64,000 nucleotides of DNA from Candidatus Poribacteria bacterium (GCA_964291315.2 OZ219753.1:2016001-2080000), one strand, 5' to 3'; numbered from the stretch's first letter, positions 39,802 through 50,539 are shown. A program made the numbers and translations. The notes: generated by a model not told the origin, from the letters alone.

Positions 39802-42684
39802 TTATTTATCAGACGATTTCAGCTCTCCCCAACGCGTTGTGAGTTTACCATTCGCAGAGACATCCCCACGCAGATGCGTCGTCCGTAACGTCGTGCGCAC
39901 CCCATCCATAGAAACATCTTCTATCTGGTAATAATACACCACACTCGGCTTCGCAGTCGTATCTGTGTAGCGATACACATGCTTCTCGGACGTCGTGCCG
40001 TGCCCCGCAATCAGACCCTCAGCGTTGATAACCGAAAACTCACCCGTCTTGCTCTCACTGCGTAGGATGTTGAACCCCGCATTGTTAAGTTCAGACTGCG
40101 TTACCCACGTAATCTCAACATGGCCTGTCGAGGCATCGCGCACAGGACGGAAACTCGAGAGCGACACAGGCAGCGGGCCACCGAGCCGATAGCCGGGCGT
40201 GCCGATATCGTCACGATGTCCGTAGTACGTCAATGAGGCATCCACAAGCTTCCGCCAAGAAGCTTTCATCAAACCAGGATCCGCATCATGCGGACCAGAA
40301 CTCCCACCTAGGGCGAAGATACCGCCATACTTGCGCACAATAGACATCCGCACATCCCCACGCTTCGGCAGCTCCCACGCACGCTTGCGCAGACCATCCG
40401 CTATCTCAACGTTACCAGCTGTGTCTATGACCCGCAGCAACGACCGACCGTCTTCGCTGACCTTCGCACGAAGCTCCAGATGGAAACCCTCCGCACTTAG
40501 CAGCCGGCGACCGTTCGTCGTCAACCCGAGATCGCTACGATGCTTCTGCTGCAAATTGTATACGTAGTTCTCCGGCACATCGTTCACACCGCTCTTCGAC
40601 ACCAACAGCAACGTCTGATTCGGCGGGATATACGTCTCCGCATCAAATGTGAATGACGCATCCACATACGCATCTACGTTTGTGTCCGAGTTGCGGATCT
40701 CAAACTCCCAACCCGCAAGGTTTACCGTCTCCGTCATAGAACTGTTGTAGAGCTCTATCCACTGCACCAAGTCCCACCGCGGGCCCGCATCATACATGAT
40801 CTCGCTGATCGTCACCGCACCCGCAAACGCATAGTCGTCATCCGTCGACGAGGTATCTCTATCGTTAGCGATCACGCCCACTACCATGTTCGGATATCCC
40901 GGCGTGCCAGGGGAACTCACCTTGTCAATCACTTTATCCTTCCCGCGATCGTAGCCAGCACCCATGAAACCAAACGACTGCCAGTCGTCTTTGTGGACAC
41001 GATTCGAACGAGACTTCGCCCAATACATCCCCTTCGTGTTCAAGTGCACACCGCGACCGAACGACATGCTCCGAGAAGAGAAGGTGTTCATACCTCCGAA
41101 GTCGTTATCATCCACATCTCCCGGCTTCGACCAGCCCACGAACGGCCAGAGGTACGTGTTGAACTTCTTATCTTCCATCCGTGTGAAGAAACCGTTCCCC
41201 GCATAGTCTTTGATGTTCGTCGGCTTGCCAACGTCATCCGTATGATTCCGCGTGCGCAACAGGATCAGGAACTTGCCCGTAGCAGGCAGACTCAGATCCT
41301 TCGCAACCGCATACTTATGCGTCGCACCCATGTTGACATCCGTTCTATCCAACAGGTTGCTAACGTTCACACCGCCAGCGAGCTTAACGCTCTTCCCAGG
41401 CTCCCGGTTATAGACCACCAGATACTCCCCAGGCCGCATCTTGTATTTCGGCAGCACCGCAAGACTCGTCTCCGTGAAGTTGGCATCCCCAGACTCGTGA
41501 TACCCGCTACCGTCAGTCTTCATCTTCCCCATCACCAAGCTGAGCTTATAATTCTCTATGTTTATAGGGGCAGCCGCCGCATCATCGCTATTATAGAACA
41601 ACTCTACCCAATCCAAGTTTGTGTTTGACGGGTCGTTGTACACCTCATTGATGATGATGCCAGTAGCCGTGATATCGGCAGGCGCCTTATCAAACCTCAC
41701 TACACTTGGACCGCCAAAAGGCACGTGAACGCTGCCCGGGGAACCGATGAAGTGCTCGGTCATGTTTGCTTTGCTGAGCGACTCCTTCCAGGAGTCCAAT
41801 TTGGTGCCGTCACCGAGGCCATCCAATTTACCATCTTTGAGCGCATACGCCTTCCCTGTGCTGTCAAGTTTGATATCCCGATACATAGAGACCAAAGGCT
41901 TCGGAGGCAGACCGACATTTGCGTTGCCATCGGTATCACCGTCTTGACCCGGCGCATCCGGGAACCAATTCCGACCCCAACGATCGATCGTTGCTACACG
42001 ATCCAAAACGACATAATACAAGGTCGATCTAGAGACTTGTCGTGCCAACCTCTCCCCCGGAGCAGGCATCTGGGTAGAATCACTATATGTGTATATCTCG
42101 ACATAATCACCATCTTTCAAAGGCTTGTTGACGTAAAGTTCAACCCATTGGGCTGCTGTATCCGGCTCGGGGTGATTATCACCCTCAGTTCTCGCAGCGG
42201 CATTCCGCCCCCACATTATCTCACTGAAAACTATTGCGTGCTTGAGCTCCATAAACTTGGCTTTTGTCTCGTCAGTAAGTTTATCGGCTGCTACTGTCAA
42301 CCCTGCGGTTTCATCGCTAAACGTGAACTCTTTGCCCGGTAGCAGCGTTCGGTCGTCATTATTCGCAATTTTCAGGGTAAGCATAAGTCCGCCGCCTCCG
42401 CGGAATAGGTCCTGAAGTTCCATCCACTCCTTAAACCCTCTTTCGTTCAGCTGTGTCCCTTTTACCGTGTCCACGATGCCGTGGTCTGCTATTGTAGGTT
42501 CTTCGTTCGTAGGAGTGATTCCGCTCTCGAACTTTCGTCCGGCTGTGTTAATATAAAACCCTTTCTTTGTTTCCCATTCTTCATCAACCGTAAGAGCGGA
42601 AACCTGGGAGGTTGCGAAGAGACACACCAGTCCCAACCCTACAAACAGTCTCATTTTATTACATAACATTGACATTAGTCTCAT
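39802..42684 (-). CDS. Large secreted lamin-tail-domain (LTD) repeat protein with C-terminal LPVSLSSF...KLTTRWGELK module
   Basis: Signal peptide; three (F/I)(S/N)E(I/V).. / W(V/I)EL units ending (S/T)PG; C-terminal motif. Confidence 0.8.
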   Translation of the reverse strand: MRLMSMLCNKMRLFVGLGLVCLFATSQVSALTVDEEWETKKGFYINTAGRKFESGITPTNEEPTIADHGIVDTVKGTQLNERGFKEWMELQDLFRGGGGLMLTLKIANNDDRTLLPGKEFTFSDETAGLTVAADKLTDETKAKFMELKHAIVFSEIMWGRNAAARTEGDNHPEPDTAAQWVELYVNKPLKDGDYVEIYTYSDSTQMPAPGERLARQVSRSTLYYVVLDRVATIDRWGRNWFPDAPGQDGDTDGNANVGLPPKPLVSMYRDIKLDSTGKAYALKDGKLDGLGDGTKLDSWKESLSKANMTEHFIGSPGSVHVPFGGPSVVRFDKAPADITATGIIINEVYNDPSNTNLDWVELFYNSDDAAAAPINIENYKLSLVMGKMKTDGSGYHESGDANFTETSLAVLPKYKMRPGEYLVVYNREPGKSVKLAGGVNVSNLLDRTDVNMGATHKYAVAKDLSLPATGKFLILLRTRNHTDDVGKPTNIKDYAGNGFFTRMEDKKFNTYLWPFVGWSKPGDVDDNDFGGMNTFSSRSMSFGRGVHLNTKGMYWAKSRSNRVHKDDWQSFGFMGAGYDRGKDKVIDKVSSPGTPGYPNMVVGVIANDRDTSSTDDDYAFAGAVTISEIMYDAGPRWDLVQWIELYNSSMTETVNLAGWEFEIRNSDTNVDAYVDASFTFDAETYIPPNQTLLLVSKSGVNDVPENYVYNLQQKHRSDLGLTTNGRRLLSAEGFHLELRAKVSEDGRSLLRVIDTAGNVEIADGLRKRAWELPKRGDVRMSIVRKYGGIFALGGSSGPHDADPGLMKASWRKLVDASLTYYGHRDDIGTPGYRLGGPLPVSLSSFRPVRDASTGHVEITWVTQSELNNAGFNILRSESKTGEFSVINAEGLIAGHGTTSEKHVYRYTDTTAKPSVVYYYQIEDVSMDGVRTTLRTTHLRGDVSANGKLTTRWGELKSSDK

Positions 42685-43352
42685 TCTCCTCTGTTATTCA
42701 TATATTAAACATAAATCAAATAAGAATGGAATCACGGATGACAGATCCATTCTCTCTGCTTACGAAATCAACTTTATCACCCGCCCGCGCTGAGGAACCC
42801 TCCAGCTCTCCATAGCAAGAGGCAACGGAGGCTGCAATGTCGCCTCCTCTAAGAGGCAACCTCCAGATTTCAGTCCGCCTTGTCCTTGCGTATTTTGAAT
42901 GGCGGCACCAAGAGTCCCTAAAGGGCGTGAAAACGGAACGCCAGCATAAAACATATGAAAAGAATAGAACTACTGCTTCTTTTGCTATAGGATCGGCTTT
43001 GCCCCTGCCTATCTTCGGCTGCCGGACGCTCTGTGGCCGGTGTGCGATCTTGTGCTGTTGGGTCAGCTGGCAAGCAGGCGCAAAGTGGGTAGAGACACGG
43101 CGCGCGGGTATGTTTTGTGATAAAGGGGATAAATACTTACTGTGCGTAAAGTAAGGGGGGGGGTAATCGCTAAAAAGCCAACTAAATGCACGGATTAGAC
43201 GATATAATAGGCACTGAATACCCAAGAGGGGGCTAAGCCGATCTGACGTGCTAATTCTGGAGCCTGTGTCTAAAGCTTTCATATGCCGCATAGATTACAA
43301 ATTCACTTTCGGACTATTTCATGCTGCATCTTCTACAATATATTATTTATTA

Positions 43353-43381
43353 AGTATATCTTAAAACGCACCTCATGTCAA
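43353..43381 (-). promoter_or_regulatory. sigma70 promoter about 670 nt upstream of the LTD gene
   Basis: TTGACA-N17-TATACT on the minus strand. Confidence 0.65.
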
Positions 43382-43473
43382 GTCTTTTTCAGTTTCTCTG
43401 ATATACAAGAAAAAAGTCGCCTATTTTGCAGAAGAGTGATATAATACACACATGAGAGAACGCCTTTTGGTGA

Positions 43474-43611
43474 AGGTGTAACCACCTTACGATACCAGTC
43501 GAAGCAACGCACAAGCTCACTACACGCTGGCGGGAACTCAAAGCAGCATATCCGAGGGACCCTAAGGAGATTTACGAAAAACGAATGCACCGGAAATTAA
43601 ACCGTAGATAG
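43474..43611 (+). pseudogene. Relic encoding the C-terminal motif PVEATHKLTTRWRELK, with no in-frame start upstream of the motif
   Basis: Frame bounded by TGA 43471 and TAG 43609; 9/10 match to KLTTRWGELK of the neighbouring gene. Confidence 0.55.
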
Positions 43612-43733
43612 TTTGATTTTAAAACTTAATGTACGTTAGAATTGAATTAATTCGCCCGCCAACATAACACTGCGACATACAAATATTCCATTATAGTTCA
43701 TATGAGATAGAAAAAGAAAAGAGGACAAACATT

Positions 43734-45305
43734 GTGGAAGCAAAATTTCAGGAACTGAAGGCCCGGTTGCTTGAGGTGAACGATATATCATCTGCCGCTG
43801 GATTGCTTTATTGGGACCAATCCACATACATGCCCCCCGGGGGAGCAGCTGCGAGAGGTCGCCAAATGGCAACGCTCAGACGTTTGGCACACGAAAAATT
43901 CACTGACCCGGACATCGGAAAATTGCTCGATACACTCGTACCTTATGAAGAAAGGCTCTGCCATGACTCTGATGAAGCAAGCTTGATTCGTACCGCGCGT
44001 AGAGACTACGAACGCGCCACCAAAATACCAGCTGAATTTACAGCCGAAGTAACCCGGCACACCTCCGAATCCTATCAAGTATGGACCGAGGCGCGTCCGG
44101 CGAATGATTTTGAGCGAGTCCGTCCGTATCTGGAAAAAACACTCGATTATAGCAGACAAGTAGCAAACTTCTTTCCGGGATATGACCACATCGCAGATCC
44201 GCTCATTGAATCGAGCGACTACGGAATGAAAGCGACAGAAATGAGCCGTATTTTCGCACAACTACGCAAGGAACTCGTTCCTATTGTTACCGCTATCACA
44301 TCACAAGAGGCCGCTGATGATTCGTGTTTACATCAATACTTTCCGGAGGGAAAACAGCTTGCATTCGGCCTAGAGATCGCCAAGAAGTTCGGTTATGATA
44401 TGAACCGGGGGCGTCAGGACAAAACGCACCATCCATTCATGACAAAGTTCTCGCTCGGCGATGTCCGAATTACAACCCGTACAAAAGAGAATTTCCTCGG
44501 GGATGCACTCTTCAGCACATTTCATGAGACAGGACACGCCCTTTATGAACAGGGGATCCGTATGGACCTGGAAGGCACTCCTCTCGCCGGCGGTACTTCC
44601 TCCGGTGTCCACGAAAGCCAATCGAGGCTCTGGGAAAATATTGTCGGCAGAAGCAGAGGTTTTTGGTATTACTACTATCCGAAACTTCAAAGTGTTTTCC
44701 CCGAGCAGCTCGGTTCCGTGTCACGAGATACATTCAACCGCGCAATTAATAAGGTAGAACGTTCCCTCATCCGCACCAGCGCCGACGAAGTAACATACAA
44801 CCTCCATGTTATGCTGCGTTTCGACCTCGAATTGGAAATGTTAGAAGGCAAACTCGAGATTCGAGACCTCCCCAAGATGTGGTGTGAACGGTTTGAAGCA
44901 GATTTCGGTATCGCACCTCCAAATGACACGGACGGTGTTTTGCAAGATGTCCACTGGTACTTCGGACTGATTGGCGGCTCATTTCAGGGATATACATTGG
45001 GCAACATATTGGCAGCACAATTTTACACATCCGCTCTTAAAGCGCAGCCCGAAATTCCTGCTGAAATTAAGCACAAAGGGGAGTTCAGCACACTCCACAA
45101 TTGGTTAAAAGAAAATCTTTACCAGCACGGGTCAAAGTACACTGCACCGGAAATCATTGAACGCGCAACAGGAAGCCCGTTGTCTATTGAACCTTATATC
45201 GCATATCTTAAACTGAAATATGGACACTTTTGCCACTTAGACGATGATGGGGCCCAGCAATGGGAGGAAATGGTCAAAGCCTGGCCGGAGCAGAGCACTT
45301 CGTAA
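43734..45305 (+). CDS. M32 family carboxypeptidase (Taq-type)
   Basis: HPF, DVRITT, HETGHALYEQG, HESQSR, QDVHW, YTLG. Confidence 0.95.
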   Translation: MEAKFQELKARLLEVNDISSAAGLLYWDQSTYMPPGGAAARGRQMATLRRLAHEKFTDPDIGKLLDTLVPYEERLCHDSDEASLIRTARRDYERATKIPAEFTAEVTRHTSESYQVWTEARPANDFERVRPYLEKTLDYSRQVANFFPGYDHIADPLIESSDYGMKATEMSRIFAQLRKELVPIVTAITSQEAADDSCLHQYFPEGKQLAFGLEIAKKFGYDMNRGRQDKTHHPFMTKFSLGDVRITTRTKENFLGDALFSTFHETGHALYEQGIRMDLEGTPLAGGTSSGVHESQSRLWENIVGRSRGFWYYYYPKLQSVFPEQLGSVSRDTFNRAINKVERSLIRTSADEVTYNLHVMLRFDLELEMLEGKLEIRDLPKMWCERFEADFGIAPPNDTDGVLQDVHWYFGLIGGSFQGYTLGNILAAQFYTSALKAQPEIPAEIKHKGEFSTLHNWLKENLYQHGSKYTAPEIIERATGSPLSIEPYIAYLKLKYGHFCHLDDDGAQQWEEMVKAWPEQSTS

Positions 45306-45334
45306 GCGTCTATCCTATAAATGGAGAATTGATC

Positions 45335-45856
45335 ATGAGAAACGTCCGGATGTTCCTCATCCTACTCCTCTTGGGTTTGGCACAAGCATGTGGAGGCACT
45401 AAACTACTTGATGTCTCCAAAAGCACGAGCTTACTAAAACTCACAACGCCACAACAGCAGACCATCCACCCGAAGCTGAAATTGATCCACGATATCGTTG
45501 AGGATTATAACTTTGAGAAAAAACAGTTAGAAGCAGATTATCAGGTGTTTCAAGCAGGTCTAAAAGATCGGTATTACGATCGATATGAAAGCGGATTCAC
45601 AGACATGCGGACACGACAGGCACTCACCGAATTCCGAGACGAAGCCCGCAAGTTTCTGAGACAACGCAAAATCTTTATGAACGAGATTCATAAATTGATT
45701 GAAGAGATCGCCTTAGAACTCACAGATGTCCAACGAACCAAATTTACGGATTTGAAACTCCCGAAATTGGAGGTGCCGCTAATGCTCCAGCGCGATCCGT
45801 ATAACGACCTTCGCTATATTCCGAATCACCCGCTCGGTGGGATAAACCCGTTTTAG
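45335..45856 (+). CDS. Hypothetical helical lipoprotein
   Basis: ATG 45335 with GGAG RBS; LAQAC lipobox-like sequence. Confidence 0.65.
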   Translation: MRNVRMFLILLLLGLAQACGGTKLLDVSKSTSLLKLTTPQQQTIHPKLKLIHDIVEDYNFEKKQLEADYQVFQAGLKDRYYDRYESGFTDMRTRQALTEFRDEARKFLRQRKIFMNEIHKLIEEIALELTDVQRTKFTDLKLPKLEVPLMLQRDPYNDLRYIPNHPLGGINPF

Positions 45857-45930
45857 GGTCCGGATGAGTTGATACCAGGCGGTTCTGTCTAGTATCAAGC
45901 GAAACAGAACCTCGCGAGGGATCTATCTAT

Positions 45931-46896
45931 CTATCCCACTAGCCGCTCAAAGAAACTATCTAAAAACGCCTCAGCAGTTACTTTAACGCAGACTCGCGCG
46001 TTCAAATCGTTACGCTGGCGTTCAGGTCGCAGATCGGCGATTGTCATACCGTTCGTTAACTCGCCTACAACCTCGACCTGTACATACGCATCAACGCTCT
46101 GAAAATAGTTTGGATACATCAAGCTTGCAATTGGCAGAGCGTCATGGATATGGAATCCCCAGAATCCGGCGCGGTGGCGATAGAATTCCATGCAAGCTCG
46201 CGTAGCGTCCCAGAGGAAGTGTGAAACCTTGTCTTCTCGACCCTCAATTTCAGCGCGTAACCGTTCACCTGCCAAAATGGCTTGGTGCGTCACGTCAAGT
46301 GGAAAGATATGAATAGGCACACCGAATTCGAAAACTTCTTGTGCTGCGTGCGGATCGACAAAAATGTTGAATTCCGCTGTTGTTGTGACATTGCCGTATC
46401 CCTCAAAAACGCCACCCATCACAATAAACTGCCGGACCCTTCGCATCTTGGCAGCATCTTTACGAATCGCTTTTGCAAGATTCGTTAGCGGACCAAGTGC
46501 TACGACGATGAGTTCATCTGGATAACGCGCCGCAAACTCAAGAATGAGATCCGCACCAGATAATGATGAGAGAGAAACGTTGGCAGGCGTGTATAACGGA
46601 CGACCATCAGCACTTTGCAAACAACTGATATTGCCTAATCCGTCATCACCATGGACGTGTGATGCATTGATAAGCGGCTTTACGAGCGGAACTGCGGCAC
46701 CTTGGGCAATAAGGGGGTATTCATCTAAGTCAAGCACTCCAAGTATCGTAAATAGATTTCGTGTCGCTTGTTTGACAGGGACATTGCCACAGACGGTTGT
46801 TAGCGCTTCTACACGTAACTCAGGTGAACGCATGGCGAGGAGAATTGCATAAGCATCGTCTACCCCTGGGTCAGTGTCTATGAGGATTCGTTGCAT
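45931..46896 (-). CDS. Nucleoside hydrolase (IU-NH family)
   Basis: DTDPGVDDA, HG.DGLG, GPLTN, AEFNIFVDP.AA, HD. Confidence 0.93.
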   Translation of the reverse strand: MQRILIDTDPGVDDAYAILLAMRSPELRVEALTTVCGNVPVKQATRNLFTILGVLDLDEYPLIAQGAAVPLVKPLINASHVHGDDGLGNISCLQSADGRPLYTPANVSLSSLSGADLILEFAARYPDELIVVALGPLTNLAKAIRKDAAKMRRVRQFIVMGGVFEGYGNVTTTAEFNIFVDPHAAQEVFEFGVPIHIFPLDVTHQAILAGERLRAEIEGREDKVSHFLWDATRACMEFYRHRAGFWGFHIHDALPIASLMYPNYFQSVDAYVQVEVVGELTNGMTIADLRPERQRNDLNARVCVKVTAEAFLDSFFERLVG

Positions 46897-46977
46897 TGTC
46901 TACTTTCTTACTTTTGTTCGTTTCTGTGAACGCATGTTTCTTGTTTGAGAATTCACTAGCAATTTTAGCATTAGCCC

Positions 46978-47799
46978 ATGATTTTATTCAAATCTTTTTT
47001 CTCTGAACCGCCGAGTCTGGCCCCAAAAAAACGGATTATTAGCATCTGTTTTGTTTTCTGTCTTGCATTCGGTTCTCCCCTCGAAGCCCAAGTTAATATT
47101 TTTACTGGTGAAACGATCCGGCAGATGCAATTGAAACCGGGCTGGTATAATAGCATTAGCACGGATTTAACTTACCGCGCCGGGAACACAGACCTATTGA
47201 CTGCCCGGACCCGATTCCGCTCGGACTATCTCTCAAAGACCTATCACGGTTTTGTCTTCGGCAACCTTCAACAAGGCAGAAGAAGCGGGGCGTTTTTTAT
47301 CAATAAAGGGATGACACACGCTCGAATCATACGACGTTTGACGCAGCTCCTCTTTGTCGAGGCTTTTATTCAGAAACAATTCAACGAATCCATTTTATTG
47401 AACGATCGGAATTTAGCAGGCGGAGGTGCAAGGTTCGCTTTATATCCACCTGATTCCAGACTTAAGGTCTACCTCGGGGTCGGCGGCATGTGGGAACATG
47501 AACGCATTAACGACAAAACGCACGGGCAGAACACAACCCATATCGTCCGCTCAACAAACTACATCAACTGGACCTGGCAATTAAATGAACACGTTACAAC
47601 CAGCGCAACTGGTTATTATCAATTCCACGTTCGGCGTTTCCAAGATTACAGGATTCTTTTTCAGGGAAGCATCACATTCCGTTTGACGACAAAATTGGCG
47701 TTTCCGTTGCGGGTCAATTTCCGGTACGACAGTGAACCGCCTACCAATATCCGGAAACATGATGTGGAAATATTTAACGGATTGCGGTATACTTTTTAA
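46978..47799 (+). CDS. DUF481-like outer-membrane beta-barrel protein
   Basis: GNT motif, amphipathic strands, YDS.PP, terminal Y-T-F. Confidence 0.7.
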   Translation: MILFKSFFSEPPSLAPKKRIISICFVFCLAFGSPLEAQVNIFTGETIRQMQLKPGWYNSISTDLTYRAGNTDLLTARTRFRSDYLSKTYHGFVFGNLQQGRRSGAFFINKGMTHARIIRRLTQLLFVEAFIQKQFNESILLNDRNLAGGGARFALYPPDSRLKVYLGVGGMWEHERINDKTHGQNTTHIVRSTNYINWTWQLNEHVTTSATGYYQFHVRRFQDYRILFQGSITFRLTTKLAFPLRVNFRYDSEPPTNIRKHDVEIFNGLRYTF

Positions 47800-47967
47800 T
47801 AGGTGTCGATTATCGGTTTTCAGATCTCAATTGAAAGAGTCAACGGAAATCTCGTAACAATTTATGGCCCACTGAGGCACTTCAAGTCGAAGTTGACTGT
47901 TAAAAACCTCTCTTAACCAAGAACCGAAAACTATTAAACACGGAAAACTAGAAAAAGGAGAGTTCTC

Positions 47968-48936
47968 ATGCGGAGGGTGAAATCCTACATTTGGCAAGAT
48001 GGAATCAAAATCTGTTTAACTGCGTGCCTTGTTACGCTGGCGAGTAGTGGATGGGGAGACGGGCATCTTCGGGTTATGCAGAAGGAAAAACAACTCGTCT
48101 TAACAGGTGAAATTTCTAAGGCACTTGGTGAATACGACTCACATTTAAAAGGGGCAGTTGAATATCTTATTTGTGGCCGTAACGGCAAGGAATATGAGAG
48201 TATTGTTGTTGTTGATGCAACAGCGCAGGAAATTCACGCTGCACTTAGCAAAATTGGTATTGAAGTTGGGACACCCCCCGGCTACGACGAAGAAAAAGAC
48301 GTGCCAACTCCACCAACAGGTACCGCATTTATCATCTCTGTCGAATGGAAAAATGCGGATAAAACGGAAAAGGTTCGCGCCGAAGAACTTATTTTCAACG
48401 TCAAGACCCAAAAACCGCTGCAACCCGTCGCTTGGATCTATTCCGGTTCACGTATCGTGCCCGACCTCGACAGCGAAAATGAAGAAGCAATGATGCCACA
48501 GGCCTTTATGAGTAATGACATAGTTGCCTTGAGGGTGTTCGATGCCAGTGCGCTTTTCCAGAATCCGCTTCGTGAATCGTCAGAGGAAAACATCTATAAA
48601 AAGAACGATGCACTGCTGCCAAATCCTGGTACACCGGTTACCCTCACAATAGAGGTTAATCAGAAAATGCAACTGTACATACTAATCAGCGGCAAAGTGC
48701 AAGGCGTAGGATTCCGTAATTTCACGCAAATCAACGCAACGCAACTCGGGGTGAGTGGGTATGCTAAGAACCTAACAAACGGTAAGGTTGAAGTTGTCGC
48801 CGAAGGCGATAAGACACAGCTAGACGCGTTAATCGCTTTATTAAGAAAGGGGCCGCGTTATGCAAAAGTTGATTCAATCGACATTGACGAACGGGCCTTC
48901 ACTGGGGAATACGAAACGTTCAGCATCCGGTATTAA
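47968..48936 (+). CDS. Secreted YdjY-like domain fused to acylphosphatase
   Basis: GKEYES...IHAAL..IG...W.Y.GS, then ISGKVQGVGFR...GYAKNL.NG.VEVVAEG. Confidence 0.8.
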   Translation: MRRVKSYIWQDGIKICLTACLVTLASSGWGDGHLRVMQKEKQLVLTGEISKALGEYDSHLKGAVEYLICGRNGKEYESIVVVDATAQEIHAALSKIGIEVGTPPGYDEEKDVPTPPTGTAFIISVEWKNADKTEKVRAEELIFNVKTQKPLQPVAWIYSGSRIVPDLDSENEEAMMPQAFMSNDIVALRVFDASALFQNPLRESSEENIYKKNDALLPNPGTPVTLTIEVNQKMQLYILISGKVQGVGFRNFTQINATQLGVSGYAKNLTNGKVEVVAEGDKTQLDALIALLRKGPRYAKVDSIDIDERAFTGEYETFSIRY

Positions 48937-48938
48937 AC

Positions 48939-49544
48939 ATGACGCAGAAATCGCCTCCGTTCATATCTGGAATTCTCCTTGCAGCAGGTCTCTCCTCTCG
49001 AATGGGAAAACTGAAGCAGTTACTTCCATTTGGCGAAAGCACAATCGTCGAGACCGTTGTGGACAACATGCTCGAGGCTAAACTCGATGAAGTCATCGTC
49101 GTGGTCGGGCATTGTGCAAAACAGATTCAAGATCAGCTAGCGACGCGCCCTGTCAAAACCGTTTTTAATCCCGACTACCGCGACGGAATGTTGACATCGG
49201 CACAGAGAGGTATCCTAGCCTTGCACGGAAGCGACGCGTTCGCCTTGATGCTGGTGGACCAGCCTTTCATTACTTCTGCGTTGATTAATCAGGTTGTCGA
49301 TGCCTATGAACAAACCGACAAAGGCATTGTACTCCCAAGTTACAACTGCAAACGCGGACACCCCTCCGTTTTCGATCAACGCTATGCCCGTGAAGTGCTT
49401 GCCTTAAGTGCAGAAAGTGGTGGGGTGCGAACGCTCTTCAATAAGTACGGTGACGACATTCACTATGTTAATGTAGCCACAGATAGGGTGTTGCAGGATA
49501 TTGATCACCGAGAAGACTACGAACGCGCACTCCAAGAAAATTAA
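48939..49544 (+). CDS. MocA/MobA-like nucleotidyltransferase
   Basis: LAAG.SSRMG..K.LL, NP.Y..GM.TS, DQP, GHP, DID...DY. Confidence 0.85.
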   Translation: MTQKSPPFISGILLAAGLSSRMGKLKQLLPFGESTIVETVVDNMLEAKLDEVIVVVGHCAKQIQDQLATRPVKTVFNPDYRDGMLTSAQRGILALHGSDAFALMLVDQPFITSALINQVVDAYEQTDKGIVLPSYNCKRGHPSVFDQRYAREVLALSAESGGVRTLFNKYGDDIHYVNVATDRVLQDIDHREDYERALQEN

Positions 49545-49599
49545 AACAGGCAACCCGCGCCCGTTCGCGGTAGCCGCTGCGATTACAGTACGCTCATTT

Positions 49600-50472
49600 A
49601 TGTTTAAATCCATTGAAGATGTCCAAACCGCGTGTGAGAAACAGGCGTATATCGTAGATAAGGGTTTGGCGACAACCCTCTATCTCGCACACCACCTCCA
49701 AAAACCTATCTTTCTGGAAGGCGAACCGGGGGTTGGTAAAACAGAGGTCGCTAAAGTCCTGGCGGGTTCAACAAACGCCAAACTCATCCGTTTGCAGTGT
49801 TACGAAGGCTTAGATGTAAACAGTGCGCTCTACGAATGGAACTATACACGGCAAATCTTGCAGCTCCGCATTGACGAAGCACAGAGACGAGATAAAGAAG
49901 ACATCGGAACGGATCTGTTCAGTGAGGCGTTCCTACTGAAACGTCCGTTGCTAGAAGCCATTCAGAGCGACGATGAGGTCCCACCGGTCCTACTCATTGA
50001 TGAAATAGACCGGAGCGACAGCGAATTTGAAGCGTTCCTGCTCGAAGTTTTGTCAGACTTCCAGATCACCATTCCCGAAATTGGTACGATCCGTGCGAAA
50101 CACATCCCACAAGTTGTGCTAACCTCAAACCGGACGCGCGAGGTACACGAAGCCCTCAAACGCCGATGCCTTTATCAGTGGATCGACTATCCAACAATTG
50201 AAAAAGAGCTAGCGATTGTTCAAACGAAGCTGCCAGACATTGATGAACACCTCGCGGAGCAGCTGTGCCAGATAATGCAGCTGTGGAGGCAAGGCGATTA
50301 CTACAAAAAACCAGGAGTGGCGGAGACGCTAGACTGGGCATTGGCTCTCATCACACTCGGTAAGGCGCAACTAGACGCCGCAGTTGTTGCGGAAACGCTT
50401 GGATGTGTATTTAAGTATCAGGATGACATTCAACGCGCCCACAAGGTGGAACTATCTGAATTCGGGTTATAG
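49600..50472 (+). CDS. MoxR AAA+ ATPase (CoxD-like)
   Basis: GEPGVGKT, RLQCYEGLD, LLIDEIDR, TSN.TR...ALKRRC. Confidence 0.9.
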   Translation: MFKSIEDVQTACEKQAYIVDKGLATTLYLAHHLQKPIFLEGEPGVGKTEVAKVLAGSTNAKLIRLQCYEGLDVNSALYEWNYTRQILQLRIDEAQRRDKEDIGTDLFSEAFLLKRPLLEAIQSDDEVPPVLLIDEIDRSDSEFEAFLLEVLSDFQITIPEIGTIRAKHIPQVVLTSNRTREVHEALKRRCLYQWIDYPTIEKELAIVQTKLPDIDEHLAEQLCQIMQLWRQGDYYKKPGVAETLDWALALITLGKAQLDAAVVAETLGCVFKYQDDIQRAHKVELSEFGL

Positions 50473-50539
50473 CCAGTACGTCGATTGCACAGCACTCCTA
50501 TCGAGCCGGAGTCATTGCACATCACAATTCAACAATCAA

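Noticed and set aside
42716-43291. 191-aa minus-strand ORF upstream of the LTD gene
   Set aside because: No recognisable domain or RBS, and low-information composition; treated as non-coding leader
45860-45916. Hammerhead-ribozyme-like words (GATGAG...GAAAC, GGTTCTGTC)
   Set aside because: The core reads CGGATGA rather than CTGATGA and the strand order fits no hammerhead topology. A terminator hairpin between convergent genes is more likely.
47800-47935. Degenerate heptamer/inverted-repeat elements (also near 33045-33130 and 60690)
   Set aside because: Too degenerate to define as a MITE or CRISPR; no regular repeat-spacer period
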